From: an uncultured Lachnospiraceae bacterium
Lineage (GTDB): Bacteria; Bacillota; Clostridia; Lachnospirales; Lachnospiraceae
Direction of reading: 5' to 3'
NCBI GenBank assembly: GCA_946609985.1
Contig: CAMOCB010000008.1
Coordinates: forward strand, 48,739 to 72,738
Length of the DNA: 24,000 nt
Shown here: in pieces, positions 8,759 through 14,890 of the stretch
Position numbering within the stretch: the first letter of the stretch is position 1
Layout of the letters: each line of letters opens with the position of its first letter
Notes under the pieces: model-generated
What the model saw: only the letters and a program-made list of their open reading frames with translations
Databases searched by the model: none
Told to the model about the DNA's origin: nothing
Position numbers and translations under genes: made by a program

Positions 8759-8783
8759 TAATATATAAAGAGGGAAGAAAAGT

Positions 8784-9842
8784 ATGAATGTTGCAGTTAT
8801 TACACTTATTGTCATCGGTATTATAGCTATCGTAGTAAGCTTTGTTCTTACACCGAAGGAAGAGGAAAAGGTAAATCCTAATATTCCTACAGAGCTCAGT
8901 GATGCTGACAAGAAGCATTTGGAAGGTCTTGCTGATAAGCATATGAAGGAATACAGCAAGAAGAAGATAAAGGAAAATGTATCAAACAGCATTAAAGAAG
9001 CTATTGATGAAGAAATTAAGAATAGTGATAAGGCAATTGGTGAAAAACTCGCTGAGAATCTTGGAAAGATAGATGAGAGAGCAACTGAGGATACTCAGAA
9101 GCTTGAGAAGTACTATAACGAAGTTACAGAAGATATCAATAAGAATAAGGCTGAGCTTGAGGACCTGTACAAGAAGGTCAGCGATAAGGAGAAGGATATC
9201 AAGACATCTCTTGGAATCGTTGATGAATATAAGGAAGGCCTTGATAAGCTTAAGTCAGAGATTCAGGATATGGATTCACAGCTTACAGCTAAGAGAGAAG
9301 AGGCTGAGAAGCTTGCAGCTGCAGCAGCAGCTAGTGCAGCAGTAGCAGCTACTGTTCAGGCAGAGGCTCCAGCGGAGACTCCAAGTAGTGAGGCTGAGAC
9401 AGAAATCCTTAAGGGACCTGTTGAGTTCGTTAATGAAGATATGATAGCTGAGCAGGAGAAGGAATCCAAGTTCGGCAAAAAGAAAAAGAGAAATAAAAAG
9501 AATAAGAAGAAGGTTGCAGAGGCTGCTAAGGAAGAAGCTGCAAAGGAAGAAACTGCAGTAGAAGAGGTTGCGGAAGCTCCTGAAGAGGAAGCTAAGCAGG
9601 AAGAAGCTCCTGCACAGGAAGAAGTAAAGGAAGAGGCTTCTTCAGAAGATTCTTCAAAGGTTGAAACTCCTGATCTTAATGAGATACTTGAGGCTGAGGG
9701 AATAAACCTGGCTGATGGTGATACGGCTGGAAATATAATGGAAATGTTCAACGCTGGACTGAGTATCATAGAGATATCTAAGGTTCTTGGAATTGGTGTT
9801 GGTGAGGTTAAAGCTATTATAGATAAACAGCAGGGAGAGTAA
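8784..9842 (+). CDS. Hypothetical membrane-anchored coiled-coil protein, E/K/A-rich, with a C-terminal HTH-like segment
   Basis: N-terminal TM helix VAVITLIVIGIIAIVVSFVL, a long charged heptad-like region, a basic patch KKKKRNKKNKKK, and a C-terminus GLSIIEISKVLGIGVGEVKAIIDKQ. I recognise no family with confidence. Confidence 0.6.
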   Translation: MNVAVITLIVIGIIAIVVSFVLTPKEEEKVNPNIPTELSDADKKHLEGLADKHMKEYSKKKIKENVSNSIKEAIDEEIKNSDKAIGEKLAENLGKIDERATEDTQKLEKYYNEVTEDINKNKAELEDLYKKVSDKEKDIKTSLGIVDEYKEGLDKLKSEIQDMDSQLTAKREEAEKLAAAAAASAAVAATVQAEAPAETPSSEAETEILKGPVEFVNEDMIAEQEKESKFGKKKKRNKKNKKKVAEAAKEEAAKEETAVEEVAEAPEEEAKQEEAPAQEEVKEEASSEDSSKVETPDLNEILEAEGINLADGDTAGNIMEMFNAGLSIIEISKVLGIGVGEVKAIIDKQQGE

Positions 9843-9847
9843 ATCAT

Positions 9848-10432
9848 ATGAGAAAATATATGCTTAGAGGTATCGGTATAGGTATTCTTATTGGAGCCGG
9901 TGTTATGTACGGTGCATTTGCCACAATCGGTACTGAGGATAAAGGTAAGAATGATAAGGCAGTAGTTGAGACAACAGAGGAAGAGACAACCGAGACAACT
10001 ACTGAAGAAGAAACTACTGAGGCTACTACAGAAGCTACCACTGAGGCAACTACTGAAGCGACCACAGAGGAGGAAACCACTGAGGCTACTACAGAAGCTA
10101 CCAATGAGGAAGTAACTACTGAAGCAACTACAGAGGAAACCACTGAGGCTCAGCCTGAGGAAGAGAAGACCGAGGACAAAGAGGAGAAGAAAGAGGACAA
10201 GAAGGAAGACAAGGCTTCTGGCGATAAGGAGATAACAGTTACTTCCGGAATGACTTCTGAAAATATTGCTTCATTACTGGAGCAGGCAGGACTTGTTGAT
10301 TCTGCAACTGAGTATAACTCATGGCTTATCTCAAAGGGATATGATTCAAATCTGCACATTGGTACATTTAAAATCAAGTCTGGTGCAAGCAACGAAGAGA
10401 TAGCTAAGATCCTTACTACTCAGGGAGAGTAA
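9848..10432 (+). CDS. Hypothetical membrane-anchored protein: TM helix, T/E-rich repeat linker, and a C-terminal YceG/MltG-N-terminal-like (LysM-like) domain
   Basis: The ATG lies 5 nt after the upstream stop. TM helix GIGIGILIGAGVMYGAFATIG, then TTEA/TTEE repeats. The C-terminus ITVTSGMTSENIASLLEQAGLVDSATEYNSWL...GTFKIKSGASNEEIAKIL resembles the small N-terminal domain of MltG/YceG. There is no lytic transglycosylase catalytic part. Confidence 0.6.
   Translation: MRKYMLRGIGIGILIGAGVMYGAFATIGTEDKGKNDKAVVETTEEETTETTTEEETTEATTEATTEATTEATTEEETTEATTEATNEEVTTEATTEETTEAQPEEEKTEDKEEKKEDKKEDKASGDKEITVTSGMTSENIASLLEQAGLVDSATEYNSWLISKGYDSNLHIGTFKIKSGASNEEIAKILTTQGE
9968..10150 (+). repeat. Imperfect 12-nt (4-codon, T-T-E-A/E) tandem repeat inside the CDS
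   Basis: actactgaagct-type units are repeated about 15 times (ETTEEETTETTTEEETTEATTEATTEATTEATTEEETTEATTEATNEEVTTEATTEETTEA). Confidence 0.85.
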
Positions 10433-10463
10433 AAAAGATCTAAAATCTAATAAAGATTCTTAC

Positions 10464-10495
10464 GAAAACCCCTTGCATCAGGGGTTTTCTTATGT
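10464..10495 (+). terminator. Rho-independent terminator after the topA-distal membrane protein genes
   Basis: 10-bp stem gaaaacccct (10464-10473) / aggggttttc (10480-10489) with a 6-nt loop, and T-rich 3' sequence. Confidence 0.7.
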
Positions 10496-10501
10496 TATTA
10501 T
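10473..10501 (+). promoter_or_regulatory. Extended -10 promoter candidate for rpsB-tsf
   Basis: TTGCAT (10473-10478), 17-nt spacer ending in TGt, TATTAT (10496-10501). This would give a leader of about 130 nt. Confidence 0.45.
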
Positions 10502-10640
10502 ACTCGTTGCGGCTTTGGACCGTGAAAATAAACATGTGGATTTTAATATAAGGTGCCACTTGCTCGGTAGTCCTATAGGACTATTTGTGGTGAACATATT
10601 TTAAAGACAGGTCCACAGAAGAAAAACCAGGAGGTATATT

Positions 10641-11384
10641 ATGAGCGTTATTTCAATGAAACAGTTACTCGAGGCAGGTGTTCACTTTGGTCACCAGACT
10701 AGAAGATGGAACCCTAAGATGGATGAGTACATCTACACAGAGCGTAACAACATCCACATCATTGACCTTCAGAAGACAGTTGGTAAGATGGATGAGGCTT
10801 ACAAGGCAGTATTTGATACTGTTGCTAATGGTGGTACAGTTCTGTTCGTAGGTACAAAGAAGCAGGCTCAGGACTCAATCCAGTCTGAGGCTGAGAGATG
10901 TGGTATGTACTTCGTAAACCAGAGATGGTTAGGTGGTATGCTCACGAACTTCAAGACAATTCAGTCAAGAATTGAAACATTCAAGAAGTATAAGAAGATG
11001 GAAGAGGATGGTACATTTGAGGCTCTTCCTAAGAAGGAAGTTGTTAATATTAAGAAGGAAATGGAGAAGCTTCAGAAGAATATCGGTGGTATCGAAGATA
11101 TGAAGAAGCTCCCTGACATTATATTCGTAGTTGATCCTCACAAGGAAAGAATCTGCGTTCAGGAGGCACATGCTCTTGGAATTCCTCTTATCGGTATTGC
11201 AGATACAAACTGTGATCCTGATGATCTTGACTATGTAATCCCAGGTAACGATGATGCTATTCGTGCAGTAAAGCTTATCGTTTCAAAGCTTGCAGACGCT
11301 GTTATCGAAGCTAACGAGGGTGTTACAGAGGCAGAGGAAGAAGTAGAGGCTGAGGCAGTTGAGACAGCTGAAGATGCAGAGTAA
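10641..11384 (+). CDS. rpsB: 30S ribosomal protein S2, with an acidic C-terminal tail
   Basis: RBS AGGAGG at 10629-10634. [22 protein letters not shown]...[31 protein letters not shown]. Confidence 0.98.
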   Translation: MSVISMKQLLEAGVHFGHQTRRWNPKMDEYIYTERNNIHIIDLQKTVGKMDEAYKAVFDTVANGGTVLFVGTKKQAQDSIQSEAERCGMYFVNQRWLGGMLTNFKTIQSRIETFKKYKKMEEDGTFEALPKKEVVNIKKEMEKLQKNIGGIEDMKKLPDIIFVVDPHKERICVQEAHALGIPLIGIADTNCDPDDLDYVIPGNDDAIRAVKLIVSKLADAVIEANEGVTEAEEEVEAEAVETAEDAE

Positions 11385-11405
11385 TTAATAAGGAGGATAT
11401 TCAAG

Positions 11406-12506
11406 ATGGCTATTACAGCAGCAGACGTTAAGAAACTTAGAGAGATGACAGGCGCTGGTATGATGGATTGTAAGAAGGCTCTTACAGAGACAGACGGCGA
11501 CTTTGATGGCGCAGTTGAGTTCCTTCGTAAGAAGGGTCTTGCAACAGCAGAGAAGAAGGCTGGTAGAATCGCAGCTGAGGGTATCGTTGCAACAGTTCTT
11601 TCAGATGATAACAAAACAGCTACTATCATTGAGGTTAACTCAGAGACAGACTTCGTTGCTAAAAATGAAGTATTCCAGACATATGTAAATGGTCTTGCTA
11701 CACAGATTAATAATAATGATTATGCAGATATGGCTGCATTTATGGCAGCTAAGTCAGATATAGATTCTGCTTCAACTGTAGAAGAGTATCACAAGGCTAT
11801 GGTTGCTAAGATAGGTGAGAACCTTACAATTCGTCGTTTTGAAAAGCTTACAGGCGACGTTGTTGTTTCTTACATTCACATGGGCGGTAAGATTGGTGTT
11901 CTTGTAGAAGCTCAGGCTGATCAGACAGGTGATGCTATAACAGAGGCTATGAAGAACGTAGCTATGCAGATCGCAGCAATGAATCCACAGTATGTATCAA
12001 GAGATGAGATCTCAGCTGATACACTTGCTAAGGAGAAGGAAATCGTAATAGACAGCTCACTCGCTGATCCTGCTTCACTTCCAAAGCCAATCCTTAATGC
12101 AGTTATTACTGAGGCTATTGATTCAAATAAGTGGAGCGATGCTGATAAGGCTGCTTATGAAGAGCAGAAGACAAACAAGTTCTGGTATAACTTCATTTCA
12201 GATGAGGGTATGCAGGTTCTTAGAGATATCGCATCAGATCACAAGGCTGAGTACCTTGATAACAAGATCTTCGCTGGTCTTGTAGAGGGACGTTTTGCTA
12301 AGCACCTTAAGGAGATCTGCCTTGTAGATCAGGCTTATGTAAAGGCTGAGGACAAGGAAAACGTTAAGCAGTACGTTGAGAAGGTTGCTAAGGAGACAGG
12401 TTCTAACTTCGCTATCAAGAGCTTCATCAGATATGAGACAGGTGAAGGCCTTGAAAAGAAGAACGAAGACTTCGCAGCAGAAGTTGCAGCTCAGATGGGC
12501 CAGTAA
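11406..12506 (+). CDS. tsf: Translation elongation factor Ts (366 aa; carries an internal insertion)
   Basis: RBS AAGGAGG. MAITAADVKKLREMTGAGMMDCKKALTETDGD...IIEVNSETDFVAKNE...VEGRFAKHLKEICLVDQAYV...IRYETGEGLEKK. Confidence 0.97.
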   Translation: MAITAADVKKLREMTGAGMMDCKKALTETDGDFDGAVEFLRKKGLATAEKKAGRIAAEGIVATVLSDDNKTATIIEVNSETDFVAKNEVFQTYVNGLATQINNNDYADMAAFMAAKSDIDSASTVEEYHKAMVAKIGENLTIRRFEKLTGDVVVSYIHMGGKIGVLVEAQADQTGDAITEAMKNVAMQIAAMNPQYVSRDEISADTLAKEKEIVIDSSLADPASLPKPILNAVITEAIDSNKWSDADKAAYEEQKTNKFWYNFISDEGMQVLRDIASDHKAEYLDNKIFAGLVEGRFAKHLKEICLVDQAYVKAEDKENVKQYVEKVAKETGSNFAIKSFIRYETGEGLEKKNEDFAAEVAAQMGQ

Positions 12507-12510
12507 ACTA

Positions 12511-12599
12511 TGCAAATAGGGACGTTTCTGTTTTGCACATATGCATATAGGGACGGTTCTGTTTTGCATATATGCAAATAGGGACGCTTCTCATTTGCA
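12511..12599 (+). repeat. REP-like cluster: three direct (+) units, A 12511-12537, B 12542-12568, C 12573-12599
   Basis: A tgcaaatagggacgtttctgttttgca; B tgcatatagggacggttctgttttgca; C tgcaaatagggacgcttctcatttgca. Linkers are CATA and TATA, on an exact 31-bp period. The cluster starts 4 nt after the tsf stop. Confidence 0.9.
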
Positions 12600-12622
12600 T
12601 ATATGATAAATGAATAGTAACG

Positions 12623-12660
12623 AATGAGTCATAAGGTGTATAGCCTTATGGCTCATTTTT
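12623..12660 (+). terminator. Rho-independent terminator of rpsB-tsf, downstream of REP cluster A-C
   Basis: About 14-bp stem aatgagtcataagg / ccttatggctcatt (one G-U pair) with a 7-nt loop, then a TTTTT run. Confidence 0.8.
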
Positions 12661-12709
12661 GCTATTTAGGAAAAAATGCAACGATTTGTTGCGTTATACA
12701 AACTAATTG

Positions 12710-12767
12710 TGCAAATAGGGACGTTTCTGTTTTGCACATATGCAAATGGGGACGGTTCTCATTTGCA
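12710..12767 (+). repeat. REP-like doublet: D(+) 12710-12736 and E(+) 12741-12767
   Basis: D tgcaaatagggacgtttctgttttgca (identical to A, L and M); E tgcaaatggggacggttctcatttgca; linker CATA. Confidence 0.9.
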
Positions 12768-12794
12768 CATATCAAGTGAAGGAGGGGGATTATT

Positions 12795-13535
12795 ATGCCA
12801 AGAACGGCAAGAAAACAAGGAAAAACGGGATTCTATCATATTATTACTAGGGGAAATGCTAAACAAATACTATTTGAAGATAACAAAGATTACAGCTTTT
12901 ATATTTATTTGATTAGCAAATTTAGTAGAGAAATGGGCATAGCAATTAATGCTTATTGCCTTATGGACAATCATGTACATTTATTAGTGTATGATCCAGT
13001 GTTTAACATTTCACAAATGATGAAAAAAATCGATGTAACATACGCGAAATATTATAATGAAAAGTATGAGAGAGTGGGACATCTGTTTCAAGGGAGGTTT
13101 CTCAGTGAGGAAATTGATAATGAATCATATCTTTTGACAGCATTTAGATATATATTGCAAAATCCTGAAAAGGCTGGGGTGGCTATTGCATCTGAATATA
13201 AGTGGAGTAGTTACAGATATTATGATACAATTAACTCGTTTGTAGACACAAGTGTTTTCACCGCTTTAATAGGTGATTGGAAAAACTATACTACTTTTAT
13301 TTCTTTACAAAATAGTGATAAATGTATGGAATTTGATACATTATCCAATGATGATGATTGGGCACTTACTGTTTTAAGGAATACAATTAGTGTTAGTAGT
13401 GGTACGGCTTTACAAAAATTAAGCAAACACGAAAGGGATAAATGTATTCGTAAGCTAAGAGATAAAGGACTTACAATTACTCAAATTGCAAGATTTACAG
13501 GTTTAAATAGAAATACTGTTTCTCAGGCAAAATAA
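12795..13535 (+). CDS. REP-associated tyrosine transposase (RAYT)-like protein, IS200/IS605 TnpA (HUH, Y1) superfamily, with a C-terminal HTH extension
   Basis: RBS GGAGGGGG at 12781-12788. FYHIITRGN, HUH motif LMDNHVHLLV (H60, H62), GHLFQGRF, and the catalytic-Tyr helix FRYILQNPEKAGV (Y119). C-terminus KGLTITQIARFTGLNRNTVSQ. The gene is AT-rich relative to its neighbours. Confidence 0.8.
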   Translation: MPRTARKQGKTGFYHIITRGNAKQILFEDNKDYSFYIYLISKFSREMGIAINAYCLMDNHVHLLVYDPVFNISQMMKKIDVTYAKYYNEKYERVGHLFQGRFLSEEIDNESYLLTAFRYILQNPEKAGVAIASEYKWSSYRYYDTINSFVDTSVFTALIGDWKNYTTFISLQNSDKCMEFDTLSNDDDWALTVLRNTISVSSGTALQKLSKHERDKCIRKLRDKGLTITQIARFTGLNRNTVSQAK

Positions 13536-13539
13536 AATA

Positions 13540-13628
13540 TGCAAATAGGGACGGTTCTTATTTGCATATAGGCAAAAGAGAAACGTCCCCATTTGCATAT
13601 GTGCAAAAGAGAACCGTCCCTATTTGCA
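13540..13628. repeat. REP-like cluster: F(+) 13540-13566, G(-) 13571-13597, H(-) 13602-13628
   Basis: F tgcaaatagggacggttcttatttgca; rc(G) tgcaaatggggacgtttctcttttgcc; rc(H) tgcaaatagggacggttctcttttgca. Linkers are TATA and TATG on the 31-bp period. The cluster starts 4 nt after the RAYT stop. Confidence 0.9.
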
Positions 13629-13647
13629 TAGTACTAATAAGGAGAAG

Positions 13648-14712
13648 ATGATGGTAGATTATACAGAGATACTTACAAATGTTGATGTGGATGCAGTGCT
13701 TATAACGGATCCATATAATTTAAGGTACTATACTGGCTTCCGTGGTGGAGAGGGCGTGGCGCTTATTTCGAAGGGTTCAAAGATACTCATAACTGACTCG
13801 AGGTACACAGAAGCTGCTGGAAAGGAATGCTATGAAGGCTTTATGGTAAGACAGTTTGGAAATGGTATCTCCACGATAAGTATCATCAAAGAGTACATTT
13901 CTTCTGATGGTATAAATACTCTTGGCTTTGAGGATATGTCTATAAGCTATAGTGATTATCAGAAGTTTTCAGGTGGGCTTGGATGTGAAATGAAGCCTAT
14001 AAAGGACGCACTCCTTATTCCAAGACAAATTAAGTCGCCTGAGGAGATAGAACTTCTCCGTGAGGCAGAGCATATCGGCGATATGGCATTTGACGATATT
14101 CTTAGTATATTAAAGCCTGGTATGACCGAGCTCGAGGTTGCAGCAGAGATAGAATACAGTATGAAAAGACATGGTGCAGAGGGACTTTCCTTTGATACGA
14201 TTGCGGCGTCTGGGGTAAATTCTTCCATGCCTCATGCGATTCCTTCTGATAAGAAGCTAGAAAATGGCGATTTTCTTACAATGGATTTTGGGTGCATTTA
14301 TAAGGGGTATTGCTCTGATATGACCAGAACTGTTTGTATAGGTAAGGCTAGTGATGAGCAGAAGAAAGTTTATAACATAGTTTTATCTGCACAGCTTTCA
14401 GTGCTTGAAAATCTTAAACCTGGTATGATGTGTAAGGATGTAGATAGAATAGCAAGAGATTACATAAATGCTCAAGGGTATGGTGATTACTTTGGTCATG
14501 GACTGGGGCATGGCGTTGGACTTTACATTCACGAGTCCCCAGCATTTAACACTCGCGATACTTCGATTGTTAAGCCGGGTATGATAGAAACAGATGAGCC
14601 GGGAATATATTTGCCAGGTAAATTTGGTGTTCGTATAGAAGATATGATTCTAATTACAAAAAATGGTTGTGAACCACTTGCAAGATCACCTAAAGAACTT
14701 ATTGAACTCTAA
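13648..14712 (+). CDS. M24-family Xaa-Pro aminopeptidase/dipeptidase (PepP/PepQ-like)
   Basis: RBS AAGGAG at 13639-13644. The start is ATG 13648 or 13651; the ORF-track TTG at 13624 lies inside REP unit H. Creatinase-like N-terminal domain. Metal-ligand motifs DFGCIYKGYCSDMTRT, HGLGHGVGLYIHE, EPGIY, RIEDMI. Confidence 0.9.
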   Translation: MMVDYTEILTNVDVDAVLITDPYNLRYYTGFRGGEGVALISKGSKILITDSRYTEAAGKECYEGFMVRQFGNGISTISIIKEYISSDGINTLGFEDMSISYSDYQKFSGGLGCEMKPIKDALLIPRQIKSPEEIELLREAEHIGDMAFDDILSILKPGMTELEVAAEIEYSMKRHGAEGLSFDTIAASGVNSSMPHAIPSDKKLENGDFLTMDFGCIYKGYCSDMTRTVCIGKASDEQKKVYNIVLSAQLSVLENLKPGMMCKDVDRIARDYINAQGYGDYFGHGLGHGVGLYIHESPAFNTRDTSIVKPGMIETDEPGIYLPGKFGVRIEDMILITKNGCEPLARSPKELIEL

Positions 14713-14716
14713 AATG

Positions 14717-14810
14717 AGTAAATAGTGTCGTTTCTATTTTGCTCAAAAAGTGAGTAAATAAGAACCGTCCCTATTTGCATATATGCAAAAGAGAACCGTC
14801 TCTATTTGCA
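14717..14810. repeat. REP-like cluster: I(+, degenerate) 14717-14743, J(-) 14753-14779, K(-) 14784-14810
   Basis: I agtaaatagtgtcgtttctattttgct; rc(J) tgcaaatagggacggttcttatttact; rc(K) tgcaaatagagacggttctcttttgca. It has the same (+,-,-) architecture as F-G-H and starts 4 nt after the peptidase stop. Confidence 0.8.
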
Positions 14811-14890
14811 TACTTTTAAGAATTATTTAAGGACATTTGGGAAGGAAATGTGATATATTGACGTTATAAAAGATTTAAGGAGTGAAGGTA

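Larger units (their letters stand above)
12710..13628 (+). mobile_element. RAYT-like gene plus flanking inverted REP doublets (919-bp IS-like unit)
   Basis: The left doublet 12710-12767 matches the reverse complement of the right doublet 13571-13628 at 53/58 positions, including the CATA linker and the ATGGGGACG variant in the gene-proximal unit on both sides. A single HUH/Y1 CDS lies between them. Confidence 0.6.

Noticed and set aside
9356-10143. Antisense ORFs 9356-9847(-) and 9844-10143(-), and the + strand 9073-9345 ORF
   Set aside because: These are Ser/Ala/Val-rich mirror translations of the GAA/GCT/ACT-rich repeats. They have no start context and overlap better-supported + strand genes.
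11231-12569. Antisense and alternative-frame ORFs over rpsB/tsf (11231-11629(-), 11503-11688(+), 12097-12285(+), 12234-12569(-))
   Set aside because: They are embedded in highly conserved ribosomal and translation-factor genes. The last one runs into the REP cluster. No support beyond open frame length.
12511-12599. Regularly spaced 27-bp repeats that superficially resemble a mini CRISPR array
   Set aside because: The spacers are only 4 nt (CATA/TATA). The units are themselves palindromic, occur in both orientations at several loci, and have no cas genes nearby. REP/BIME-like organisation fits better.
12676-12912. 78-aa + strand ORF spanning REP units D/E and the RAYT 5' end
   Set aside because: It reads straight through the repeat units and out of frame with the RAYT CDS, which has a strong RBS and family motifs. 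It is most likely spurious.
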